Shown here: piece after piece, positions 24,674 to 36,302 of the stretch
Layout of the letters: each line of letters opens with the position of its first letter
Numbering within the stretch: the stretch's first letter is position 1
Position numbers and translations under genes: made by a program
Assembly (NCBI RefSeq): GCF_004010195.1
Contig: NW_025215165.1
Location: forward strand, 12,938-53,405
Length of the DNA stretch: 40,468 nucleotides
From: Chiloscyllium plagiosum
Taxonomy: Eukaryota
Direction of reading: 5' to 3'
The notes under the pieces: model-generated
Database searches by the model: none
Seen by the model: the letters and a program-made list of their open reading frames with translations, nothing else
What the model was told of the DNA's origin: nothing

Positions 24674-25129
24674 TTTTTTTAAATTTCAAAAATATACTTT
24701 ATTCATAAAATAATTTGATGGTCTGTACAGTTGGTCATGCCATACATATGTAAACATGTACATACAGAGATCAGAATTTATCATTTTTTTATACAGGTCT
24801 GTAAATTTTTCAATCATATGCCCATATAATCAGCAGAGCCCAAATGACTGCGTGGGCCCCCTGTTCTTCGTTAGGCAGGCAGATGTTACACAGTGGTCTT
24901 TCCCCACCGCGCCTTGGCGGCAGCTGCCCCAAGCTTCAGCGCGTCCCTCAACACGTAGTCCTGGACCTTGGAATGTGCCAGTCTGCGGCACTCAGTCGGG
25001 GTCAACTCCTTCAGCTGGAAGATCAACAGGTTTCGATCACCCAGAGAGCGTCCTTCACCGAGTTGATGATCCTCCAGACACAGTTGATGTTCGTCTCGGT
25101 GTGCATCCCGGGGAACAGGCCGTAGAGCA
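24674..25129 (-). mobile_element. Tx1 unit B, 3' end (ORF2 C-terminus, 3' UTR, AATAAA, short poly-A)
   Basis: 24834-25129 matches 19170-19460; AATAAA (tttatt 24698-24703) and A7 (24674-24680) abut the 5' end of unit A. Confidence 0.9.
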
Positions 25130-25683
25130 NNNNNNNNNNNNNNNNNNNNNNNNNNNNNNNNNNNNNNNNNNNNNNNNNNNNNNNNNNNNNNNNNNNNNNN
25201 NNNNNNNNNNNNNNNNNNNNNNNNNNNNNNNNNNNNNNNNNNNNNNNNNNNNNNNNNNNNNNNNNNNNNNNNNNNNNNNNNNNNNNNNNNNNNNNNNNNN
25301 NNNNNNNNNNNNNNNNNNNNNNNNNNNNNNNNNNNNNNNNNNNNNNNNNNNNNNNNNNNNNNNNNNNNNNNNNNNNNNNNNNNNNNNNNNNNNNNNNNNN
25401 NNNNNNNNNNNNNNNNNNNNNNNNNNNNNNNNNNNNNNNNNNNNNNNNNNNNNNNNNNNNNNNNNNNNNNNNNNNNNNNNNNNNNNNNNNNNNNNNNNNN
25501 NNNNNNNNNNNNNNNNNNNNNNNNNNNNNNNNNNNNNNNNNNNNNNNNNNNNNNNNNNNNNNNNNNNNNNNNNNNNNNNNNNNNNNNNNNNNNNNNNNNN
25601 NNNNNNNNNNNNNNNNNNNNNNNNNNNNNNNNNNNNNNNNNNNNNNNNNNNNNNNNNNNNNNNNNNNNNNNNNNNNNNNNNNN

Positions 25684-26394
25684 ACACGTAGTCCTGGACC
25701 ATGGAATGTGCCAGTCTGCAACACTCAGTCGGGGTCAACTCCTTCAGCTGGAAGATCAACAGGTTTCGGACCACCCAGAGAGCGTCCTTCACCGAGTTGC
25801 TGATCCTCCAGGCACAGTTGATGTTCGTCTCGGTGTGCGTCCCGGGGAACAGACCGTAGAGCACAGAGTCCCGCGTCACGCGCTGCTCGGGACGAACCTC
25901 GACAAACACCACTGCATTCCTCTCCAGACTTCCTCTGCATAGGCACATTCCAGAAGGAGGTGTGTGACAGTCTCGTCCACCCCGCAGCCACTTCGAGGGC
26001 AGCATGCGGTGCGGCAGAGAGTCCGGACGTGCAGTACACATCCGCTGCAGCAAACCCACAGCACTCGAGCAACATCTCCTTAATGGACACTGTCCGATCG
26101 ACTGGTGTATGGACTTCCACCTTCTTGACAGTCACCCTGACTGTGTTGCGAATGCCCTGGCCCGGGGTGTGGGCAGCTGCGAGGCCCTAGCTCTGAGGTT
26201 GGCTGGTCCCTGAATTGGCGTTAGGCCAAAGTCAGCATGAAGATCCACCAAGGGCAGGTCAGCACAACCAAACGATCCTCCAACGTCCGATCACAATTTA
26301 GCGATGATTTCCACTAGCTCTGATGACTCACAACTTGACCCCTGACCTGATAAGAACAGACACTTGATCTTAGCCAAAAGGCTGAGAAGTCAAC
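25684..26394 (-). mobile_element. Tx1 unit C, internally deleted non-autonomous derivative with U2 head
   Basis: 25684-26033 matches ORF2 end 19282-19634; 26031-26394 matches 24309-24673; the junction has gca microhomology. Confidence 0.9.
26347..26389 (-). ncRNA. U2 snRNA 5' fragment with the same 5-nt deletion (head of unit C)
   Basis: Same sequence as 24626-24668 except one substitution, with the same GTTGA leader. Confidence 0.92.
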
Positions 26395-26417
26395 ACTCCA
26401 TCTACAATGGCTCTGGG

Positions 26418-26765
26418 TAGCATGGTCACTCAGTGGTTAGCACCGCTGCCTCACAGTGCCAGGGACCCGGATTCAATTCCACTCTTAGGTGATTGTGTGA
26501 ATGAAGTTTGAACATTGATCTGTGTCTGCGTGGGTTCCCTCCAGGTACTCTAGTTTTCTCCCAAATCTAAAGACACGAAAGTTATGTGGATTGGCCGTGC
26601 TAAATTATACATAGTGCCCGGGGTGTGCAGGCTAGGTGGATTAGCATGGGAAATATAGGCTTAGAGGGATGGGATTGGTCTGGGCAGGATGCTCTTCAGA
26701 GGCTCGGTGTGAAATCGATGGGCCAAATGGCCTTCTTCCAAACTGTAGGAAGTTTATGATCTATG
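26418..26765 (+). mobile_element. Older full-length HE1-like SINE
   Basis: ggtagcatggtcactcagtggttagcaccgctgcctcacagtgccagggacccggattcaattcc (box A/B) through a tatgatctatg tail. Confidence 0.85.
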
Positions 26766-27407
26766 ACCTTCCTCATCTTTTGCTATCGTTGTGTCTGACT
26801 TTGTGATTCATGTCCCAGGACCCCCAGATCCCTCTGTGCCTGCCTGCAGAAAGGGTAAAAAATAAAATGCTTGCTCAGGGTCTTTGTGCTGGTCAGAGGT
26901 TAGGACTTGACAAGAGGACACTTGCTCAAGGGAGCTCTTGCTGGGAGAGAATGTCAGGAGAAAGCAGTTTCCAGTGAGTTACTCATCAACAGGTGGTTGT
27001 GGTAAGTGAAGGATTTGCGCTATGAAAATGCAGGAATGGGTACAGGCCTCAAGAGGAAGAGACAGGAAAATGTCTTTGCTCAGAAACTGCTTTGAGCAGA
27101 GAGCAGTCAGCAGGTACTGTGCTCACAGCAGCTAAGGCAGACTGGGAATGTTCAACTCGAATGTCTCAAAGCTACAAAAGTATCACCTGAATATGAGACT
27201 GAAGATGAAACCTCAGAGTTTGTCATCAGTGAAAGGAAACCGGGAAGCCGGGCCCCAGCAGGGTGCAGCTGCTCTAGGATGGTCACCCACTGACATTAAG
27301 AAAGGAATGAAACCCCACATTCAGCCACCCGATGCACCATTCGGTTCAACCCAATCTGCTCAGTGTCCGTCACCCAGGAAATAGGCAGCAGGTCACAGTG
27401 TCTGTAC

Positions 27408-27491
27408 CTGTCTGTGTTCCGAAATTATGGCACTTGTTCTGCGGACTTCACATTCCGCTTCCTCTAACTCCCTGTGAGAAACCTCCTTAAT
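27408..27491 (-). pseudogene. Isolated 84-nt exon similar to the RABGAP1/RABGAP1L C-terminal coiled coil
   Basis: Pyrimidine tract...ttgcag|ATT...CAG|gtacag, phase 0/0, IKEVSHRELEEAECEVRRTSAIISEHRQ; recalled human RABGAP1L [28 protein letters not shown] and RABGAP1 LKEMCRRELDKAESEIKKNSSIIGDYKQ align without gaps. Confidence 0.75.
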
Positions 27492-27861
27492 CTGCAACAG
27501 CGGGAAAGCAAAGACCAGAACGAGAGGCTCAATCAGCATCAAACAATAACTACATGGACCATACCACTACCTCCCCCGCCCCTTGNNNNNNNNNNNNNNN
27601 NNNNNNNNNNNNNNNNNNNNNNNNNNNNNNNNNNNNNNNNNNNNNNNNNNNNNNNNNNNNNNNNNNNNNNNNNNNNNNNNNNNNNNNNNNNNNNNNNNNN
27701 NNNNNNNNNNNNNNNNNNNNNNNNNNNNNNNNNNNNNNNNNNNNNNNNNNNNNNNNNNNNNNNNNNNNNNNNNNNNNNNNNNNNNNNNNNNNNNNNNNNN
27801 NNNNNNNNNNNNNNNNNNNNNNNNNNNNNNNNNNNNNNNNNNNNNNNNNNNNNNNNNNNNN

Positions 27862-28025
27862 TGGGTCTCCCCCTCACTCCCCAGTCACGGAGCCCGGGCC
27901 CTGGGTCTCCCCCTCACTCCCCAATCACGGAACCTGGGCCCTGGGTCTCCCCCTCACTCCCCAGTCACGGAGCCTGGATCTTCCTCTGTCTCCACCCCCT
28001 CCCCCTATCACAGAGCCTGGGACTG
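27862..28025. repeat. 40-bp GC-rich minisatellite abutting a gap
   Basis: tgggtctccccctcactccccagtcacggagcccgggccc starts at 27862, 27902 and 27942, followed by a degenerate unit. Confidence 0.9.
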
Positions 28026-28269
28026 AGTCATGAAGTAACAATACGAGCCTCGAATGTTCCATCACAGGACAGCAAGGAAAATCCTGGTTGAATGAGGGGA
28101 TGACCTGCTGGGCTACGTTGTCTCGAGGAAGCTGTTCAATATTGAATGGAACCAGCAGGAATGGGCTAAACAACCAAGTCTCTGGGCCGTAAGCAAATGG
28201 GAATGGGACATGGTACAGGCAGATACACAGAGACAGACAATTACGAAAAGAAGACCAAACAGAAATGAG

Positions 28270-28600
28270 ACAGCACTAATACACTGCAGATGGAGTTTAA
28301 ATTTGGAAAGTATAAGGTCATAATAATCAAATGGCAGAATATTATTTAAATGGAGACAGATTCCAACAAAGTGCAATGCAGAGGGATCTGGATGTTATTG
28401 TGTATGAAACATAGAAAATTAGTGCAGGTGCAGCTAGTAATTGTGAAGGCGAATGGAATTGGAGCCTTTATTGCTGGGAGTTGGAATGTTAACGTAGAGA
28501 AATCTTGTTATAACTGTACAGGGTGTCAGTGAGTCTGCACGTGGAGTACTGTGTGCAGTATTGATCCCTGTGTTTAACAAAGAATGGATTGGCATTGGAG
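28270..28600 (+). mobile_element. CR1 ORF2 fragment
   Basis: gcagatggagtttaa...cagagggatctgg...ggagtactgtgtgcagtattg; paralog of 4958-5292. Confidence 0.75.
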
Positions 28601-29169
28601 TCCTCCTCCTGCTCCCATTTCCCATGTTCTTGTGTGCTCCAGGCCATTCTCTCACAGCCGAACTGGTTTGGAGTCTGCCTGCAGTAACAGCCTCCAGCCT
28701 CTGGGTGGTGCCTTGCCCAGCCTCCCGATTCCTCTCCCCAGTCTCCTGCTGCAGCAGGTGGGGAAGGTGATACAATGGACCACTCGGTTATCCTCAATCC
28801 CTCCCCATCTCCCAAACTCTCCAACCTGGCCTTCCCCCTCATGACTGGCAGCTGTGCCTTCAGTCGCCCAGCCCTCAGTACGGGGATTTTCTCCACAAAC
28901 CCCTCTCATTTCTTCGAACAAGCTCTTTGTCTCCTTCTGGTCATCATCACAAAAACTGTGTGATGGTTCCTACATTAAAGATGCTAGATCAATACAAGTT
29001 GTTGTTGTTGCTGTTACTGACCAGGAGTTAGTCATTGACATGTTTCACTGATATAAAAGGAAAGGGAATGACCACTGACTGTGGAGAGGTGATCATTTTT
29101 AGCCAGCTGTACCACCACTACCCCGCTGTACCACCACCCGCTGTACCACCACTACCCGCTGTACCATGA

Positions 29170-29505
29170 CTACCAACTCACCAAGGTTCCTTTAGGTATT
29201 ACCTTCCAAACCAATGACCACTACCATCTAGAAGGACAAGGGCAACAGATACGTGGGACACCATCCTCTGCAAGTGTCCACCCAGGCCATTCCCCATCCT
29301 GACCTGGAAATATATCGCAGCTCCTTCACTGTCGCTGGGTCAAAATTCTGCAATTTCCTCCCTTAGTGTATTGTGGGGAGACCTACAGCACATGGATTGC
29401 AGCGGTTCAAGAAGGCAGTTCACCACCAACTTCAGCACGGCAACAAGTGATGGGTAATAAATTCTAGCCCAGGCAGTGACCCCCACATACCATGAAAGAA
29501 TTTTA
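29170..29505 (+). mobile_element. CR1-like LINE 3' end
   Basis: ccatcctgacctggaaatatatcgc...gcagcggttcaagaaggcagttcaccacc...gggtaataaat terminal region; duplicated at 32759-32990. Confidence 0.65.
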
Positions 29506-29619
29506 AGAAGTCCCTTTACTTTGGCCTCTCCATCCCAACCAGCCCAATACTCAGGCCTCACTGGTTACTTGGGGTTTATTTGCCAGCCTGTTCCATTCTC
29601 CACTCCAGTGTCCTACCCC

Positions 29620-29790
29620 CCGATGTCCTGGTCAATAACTTGCTGTTATTGTGGGAGCCTGCTGAGAGTAAATGGGCTGTCACAGTTCCCACATTACAAC
29701 AATGATGAGACTTTGGAAGTATTCCATTAGCTGTAAAACATCTTTGAACATCCTGAGCTCATGAACGGTGTAACAGAAGTGCAATTCTCT
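29620..29790 (+). mobile_element. DeuSINE (SacSINE1/AmnSINE-like) 3' remnant
   Basis: ttgctgttattgtgggagcctgctg...cacattacaaca...cattagctgtaaaac resembles the Deu domain; duplicated at ~33105-33270. Confidence 0.6.
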
Positions 29791-32700
29791 CTCCTTTTTG
29801 TTTCCTCTCCATGCCTTCCCATCTGTCTCCCCACAACATCCCTCCCTTGTTTAAAATCTAGAATGAATTATGAATCTCTGGGAAAACTTACCCTGTGGCA
29901 ACATTTGAGACTAACAACAACCACCTCCTCGATGGGCTTTGAGTGTGCAGGTCAATAACACTCTCATTGGGACTTGATCTGGGTTGTCTCCAGTCAATCA
30001 GTGTTACTGTTCTGGGGCCAGACATTACTGACCAAGCTTAGACCCTGTGATCTGATTGAGATGAAGAGTGAGCTGCGCCGGGTATTAACACATGGATCAG
30101 TATAGTGAAGCAGGGATTACCCATTTCACAAGAGAGTAAACTGAACTAACAAATGGGGTGGCTGTGACGCCCTCACGCCGATACCGAGAGACTTGTGGAG
30201 ATAGGAATAGTAACATCCTCAGACAGAAAGGATGCTTAAAATGGTATGGTCCCCAAAGAGGTGGTGGGAGGTGGGGAGGGAAAACAGGAACAGTAACATC
30301 CTCAGACAAGAGGATGCCCCCAATGAGGGAGGGGACAGGAACAGCTACATCCCCTGAGAGAGAGTGACACTCGTGAGAGACAGGGGACAGTCACTGCCTG
30401 TTCTCCATTTTCTTCCTGTGTTGTGATGTATGACCTGGAAAATTGGTTTGGTTTATATTTTCTCAGTTGTATTTGGGTTTGATGAGTTGATTCAGTAATA
30501 AGTATTCCAATTCTACATTTCCTGTAGCAGCAGATCCACTGAAAGTCATCCTTTCATTTGGAGGTTGCCCAGGTTTCTGTCCAGGCTGATACAGCATGAT
30601 CTACCAGTGCTGCTCCTATTGGGCTAAACCATCACACATGAGGGAATCTGAAGGCACTTTCTCTTTGTGCTGGCAAAGGGAGAGATTTGCTTTTACTGCA
30701 ATGATGGCCAAAGAGATGGGTCAGTGGAGGTAGTTTTCCTTGAAAGCTGGAGATAGTAGGATGAGAATTCAAACACCCACCCACTCTGTCACACGGTGTT
30801 GAAGACACACTTTCCTCATCAAAACATGTTTGCAAAGCTCTTCATAACACGTAAGGGGAGAGAAACATTGCAAACTGTATTATCACGTGTGAGGGTCCAT
30901 GAAAAACTAGGACCATGATGTTAAATGATCCCAGCCATAAACAACACTGATGGATTTACATCATTAGCTTGTCAAACAATATTAGAAAGTCTGTGATCAG
31001 AAAAAGAAAAAGGACAATGTGTAAATTGTTGAACAGGCCCCTACACCTGGGCCTGAGGCAGGAGCCCAAGCTCCAACACATTGGGCTCACTTCACACCAA
31101 CCTTCACACAGTGCAGGATGATGAACTCTGGCCAACAATTCCTCTGGGATCGGGACGGAGTGAGGGAACAGGGACAATTATAGAAGAGTCAATAAGGAGT
31201 AAAGCAAGATGGAGAGGGTGTTTTAGAAAGGGTTTAGAGGAGGAAATATACTTTGCGTTACTCAATACTGACATTGTCTACATGAATCACAGAATGAACA
31301 AACAGCACACTGTGCAGATAATCACATTCCAGGGGACATTTTCATTGGGGTGTGATAAGTATCCCGGTTCGAAAGCTGTTCTCCCTCTCTCTCTCCACAT
31401 TTCTACAGATTGAACCAGTTAGATCCGAGCAGGGCCCCAGTTCATTTGTTCTGTTCAGGGACAGTGAAACAGCTGCCCTCTAGTGACTATAGAGTGCTGG
31501 TACCGCAGCTGAGAACCACGCGTCAAGTCCCGGGCCATGAGCATCTGAACGAAACAGCAGCTATTCCGGTGGATTCCAGTGGGAATGAGTTATCGGTTAT
31601 TCCGGCCTGGTTCCCCAGTTAGTCAGTCAGGCCATGGCTGACCTAGAACACATTCCCCCTTAATTCTGTAAACCTTACCTTGCTGAGCGAATGAACATTG
31701 AATCCCGACCTTGATAGCTTTTTCAGATTGAAAGTTCCAGATTTCCACCACTCTTTGTCAGAAAGTGTTCCTCCTGAAATCATTCCCAATTCTAATTTTA
31801 TCCATCCCCTTGTTTTGGACTCTGACAATGGAAAAAATATGGACATTAACATTGTTAATTATTTTCTGTAGAAAAGCCTCGCTTTTGCAACTTGTTCTCT
31901 CTCATTAACAATTTCTGATCTGAAGGTGACACGACAGGCTGGATACTGAGAGGGTGGTTCCTGTTACAGGGCAGGCGAGAACTGGAGGGCCGGTTTAACA
32001 CAAAACAGTCTCCCGTTTAAAAGGAAGGAGGAGTTTTCATGCTGAGGTTTGACAGTCTGTGGAATTCTCTTCTCTACATGGAAATGGAGGTTCANNNNNN
32101 NNNNNNNNNNNNNNNNNNNNNNNNNNNNNNNNNNNNNNNNNNNNNNNNNNNNNNNNNNNNNNNNNNNNNNNNNNNNNNNNNNNNNNNNNNNNNNNNNNNN
32201 NNNNNNNNNNNNNNNNNNNNNNNNNNNNNNNNNNNNNNNNNNNNNNNNNNNNNNNNNNNNNNNNNNNNNNNNNNNNNNNNNNNNNNNNNNNNNNNNNNNN
32301 NNNNNNNNNNNNNNNNNNNNNNNNNNNNNNNNNNNNNNNNNNNNNNNNNNNNNNNNNNNNNNNNNNNNNNNNNNNNNNNNNNNNNNNNNNNNNNNNNNNN
32401 NNNNNNNNNNNNNNNNNNNNNNNNNNNNNNNNNNNNNNNNNNNNNNNNNNNNNNNNNNNNNNNNNNNNNNNNNNNNNNNNNNNNNNNNNNNNNNNNNNNN
32501 NNNNNNNNNNNNNNNNNNNNNNNNNNNNNNNNNNNNNNNNNNNNNNNNNNNNNNNNNNNNNNNNNNNNNNNNNNNNNNNNNNNNNNNNNNNNNNNNNNNN
32601 NNNNNNNNNNNNNNNNNNNNNNNNNNNNNNNNNNNNNNNNNNNNNNNNNNNNNNNNNNNNNNNNNNNNNNNNNNNNNNNNNNNNNNNNNNNNNNNNNNNN

Positions 32701-34936
32701 NNNNNNNNNNNNNNNNNNNNNNNNNNNNNNNNNNNNNNNNNNNNNNNNNNNNNNNNNNTGTCCATCCAGGCCACTCCCCATCCTGACTTGGAAATATATC
32801 GCAGCTCCTTCACTGTCGCTGGGTCAAAATTCTGCAATTTCCTCCCTTAGTATATTGTGGGGAGGCCTACAGCACATGGATTGCAGCTGTTCAAGAAGGC
32901 AGTTCACCACCAACTTCAGCACGGCAACAAGTGATGGGTAATAAATTCTGGCCCAGGCAGTGACCTCCACATACTATGAAAGAATTTTAAGAAGTCCCTT
33001 TACTTTGGCCTCTCCATCCCAACCAGCCCAATACTCAGGCCTCACTGGTTACTTGGGGTTTATTTGCCAGCCTGTCCCTTTCTCCACTCCGGTGTCCTAC
33101 CCCCCGATGTCCTGGTCAATAACTTGTTGTTATTGTGACAGCCTGCTGAGAGTAAATGAGCTCTCACAGTTCCCACATTACAACAATGTCTAGACTTTGA
33201 AAATATTCCATTGTCTGGAAAACATCTTCGAACATTCTCAGCTCATGAACGGTGTAACAGAAATACAATTCTCTCTCCTTTTTGTTTCCCTTCCATGCCT
33301 TCCCATCTATCTCCTCACAACATCCCTCTCTTGTTAAAAATCTAGAATGAATTATGAATCTCTGGGAAAACTTATCCTGTGACAACATTTGAGACTAACA
33401 ACCACCTCCTCGATGGGCTTTGAGTGTGAAGGTCAATAACACTCTCATTGGAACTTGATCTGGGTTACCTCCAGTCAGTCAGTGTTATTGTTCTGGGGCC
33501 AGACATTACTGACCAACCTTAGATCCTGTGATCTGATTGAGATGAAGAGTGAGCTGTGCCAGGTATTAACACACGGATCAGTATAGTGAAGCAGGGATTA
33601 CCCATTTCACAAGAGAGTAAATTGAACTAACAAAGTGGGTGGCTGTGACGCCCTCACGCCGATACCGAGAGACTTGTGGAGACAGGAATAGTAACATCCT
33701 CAGACAGAAAGGATGCTCAAAATGGCATGGCCCCCAAAGAGGTGGTGGAAACAGGAACAGTAACATCCTCAGACAAGAGGATGCCCCCAATGAGGGAGGG
33801 GACAGGAACAGCTACATCCCCTGAGAGAGAGTGACACTCGTGAAAGACAGGGGACAGTCACTGCCTTTTCTCCATTTTCTTCCTGTGTTGTGATGTATGA
33901 CCTGGAAAATTGGTTTGGTTTATATTTTCTCAGTTGTATTTGGGTTTGATTAGTTGATTCAGTAATAAGTATTCCAATTCTACATTTCCTGTAGCAGCAG
34001 ATCCACTGAAGGTCATCCTTTCATTTGGAGGTTGCCCAGGTTTCTGTCCAGGCTGATACAACATGATCTACCAGTGCTGCTCCTATTGGGCTAAACCATC
34101 ACACATGAGGGAATCTGACGGCACTTTCTGTTTGTGCTGGCAAAGGGAGAGATTTGCTTTTACTGCAATGGTGGCCAAAGAGACGGGTCAGTGGAGGTAG
34201 TTTTCCTTGAAAGCTGGTGATAGTAGGATGAGAATTCAAACACCCTCCCACCCTGTCACACAGTGTTGAAGACACACTTTCCTCATCAAAACATGTTTGC
34301 AAAGCTATTCGTAACACGAAAGGGGAGAGAAACATTGCAAACTGTATTATCACGTGTGAGGGTCCATGAAAAACTAGGACCATAATGTTAAATGATCCCA
34401 GCCATAAACAACACCGATGGATTTACATCATTAGCTTGTCAAACAATATTAGAAAGTCTGTGATCAGAAAGAGAAAAAGGACAATGTGTAGATTGTTGAA
34501 CAGGCCCCTACACCTGGGCCTGAGGCAGGAGCCCAAGCTCCAACACACTGGGCTCACTTCACACCAACCTTCACACAGTGAGGGGTCATGAACTCCGGCC
34601 ATCAATTCCTCTGGGATCGGGACGGAATGAGGGAACAGGGACAATTATAGAAGAGTCAATGAGGAGTAAAGCAAGATGGAGAGGGTGTTTTAGAAAGGGT
34701 TTAGAGGAGGAAATATACTTTGCGTTACTCAATACTGACATAGTCGACATGAATCACAGAATGAACAAACAACACACTGTGCAGACAATCACATCCCAGG
34801 GGACATTTTCATTGGGGTGTGATAAGTATCCCGGTTCGAAAGCTGTTCTTCCTCTCTCTCTCCACATTTCTACAGATTGAACCAGTTAGATCCGAGCAGA
34901 GCCCCAGTTCATTTGTTCTGTTCAGGGACAGTGAAA

Positions 34937-34954
34937 CAGCTGCCCTCTAGTGGC
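34937..34954 (-). promoter_or_regulatory. CTCF-binding motif (paralog of 7466-7483)
   Basis: cagctgccctctagtggc is intact here; the tandem copy at 31470-31487 reads cagctgccctctagtgac. Confidence 0.7.
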
Positions 34955-35384
34955 TATAGAGTGCTGGTACCGCTGCTGAGAACCACACGTCAAGTCCCGG
35001 GCCATGAGCGTCTGAACGAAACAGCAACCATTCCGTTGGATTCCAGTGGGAATGAGTTATCGGTTGTTCCGGCCTGGTTCCCCAGTCAGTCAGTCAGGCC
35101 ATGGCTGACCTAGAACACATTCCCCCTTAATTCTGTAACCCTTACCCTTGCTGAGCGAATGAACATTGAATCCCGACCTTGATAGCTTTTTCAGACTGAG
35201 AGTTCCAGATTTCCCCCACTCTTTGCCAGAAAGTGTTCCTCCTGAAATCATTCCCAATTCTAATTTTATCCATCCCCTTGTTTTGGACTCTGACAATGGA
35301 AAAAATATGGACATTAACATGGTTAATTATTTTCCATGGAAATGCCTCGTTTTTGCAATCTGTTCTCTCTCATTAACAGTTTCT

Positions 35385-35730
35385 GAAGGTGACATGACAG
35401 GCTGGATACTGAGAGGGTGGTTCCTGTTACAGGGCAGACGAGAACTGGAGGGCCAGTTTAACACAAAGCAGTCTCCTGTTTAAAAGGAAGGAGGGGTTTT
35501 CTTGCTGAGGTTTGACAGTCTGTGGAATTCTCTTCTCTACATGGGAATGGAGGTTCACTCATGGAGTTGGCTCAAGGTTGAGGTAGACAGGTTTTTGATG
35601 AACAAGGCAGTTAAGGATAATGGGAGAGGCAGAAAGTGCAGCTGAGACCATAACCAGATGAGCAGTGATCTTCTTCATTGGCACAGCAGCTCCCAAAAGG
35701 CCTGCTCCTGCTCCTGGACCCTATGTTCTG
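35385..35730 (+). mobile_element. Old CR1 3' fragment
   Basis: gtctgtggaattctctt...ctcaaggttgaggtagacaggtttttg...ggcctgctcctgctcct; partial copy at 31925-32094. Confidence 0.7.
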
Positions 35731-36302
35731 GCAGAGGCTGCAGCAATCCTGGACCCCCATCTTTCCTTTGCCACTCACTGACAGAAATACAATTTCAAAA
35801 CAAACATTATTTTCTTTAACAAGACCAAGTCAGTTATGGTTGCTGTCGTTTTCTCAGCTCTCTTTACATCTCAGCAGGGCTTTAGAAACATGTGTTTTGT
35901 GTTACGTTGGCGAGGAGACAGATACAAGACAGAGTGAGGCCTCAGAGAACACAGAGAGCTTTCACTCTGCACAGCAAGGCTGTCACGGGAAACATCTGGT
36001 GAAAGGCTTGGATGGGGCTGAAGAGGAGAGAGGCATGGGAAAAGAGACCTGACAGTTCAAAATAAAAACACTTCACATGTTGCTATCATCTAGTTAATGA
36101 ATTTGAAGGATTAGAAACCCAAAACAGTGAGAGTGTGGTGTCTCAGAAGCTCAAAGGCAGACAGCAAATAGCTGTATTAGTCCTCCTCAGGGTGTTCGTG
36201 TCATTGGGAAGCCTCAAATTTATTGCCTATCTCCAACTGCTCGGACTGAGTTATTTTCTGAGCCAGATCATGGGGACGTTAAGAATGAATCATGTCACTG
36301 TG

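Larger units (their letters stand above)
29276..35557 (+). repeat. Tandem duplication with ~3.48 kb period (29276-32094 and 32759-35557)
   Basis: Colinear, highly similar but non-identical copies with private indels (for example extra gggaggtggggagg-type sequence near 30268); the junction lies in the gap. Confidence 0.93.

Noticed and set aside
28640..28752. Upstream RABGAP1-type exon (RENRRLQ...)
   Set aside because: Only vague similarity that needs several frameshifts, with no matching donor.
1542..32941. Long ORFs spanning N-runs (for example 1542-2210, 8502-9545, 24756-25691, 32039-32941)
   Set aside because: Artefacts of untranslatable gaps.
35678..36052. 124-aa plus-strand ORF as a real CDS
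   Set aside because: Non-ATG start inside a CR1 3' UTR remnant and no recognisable domain.
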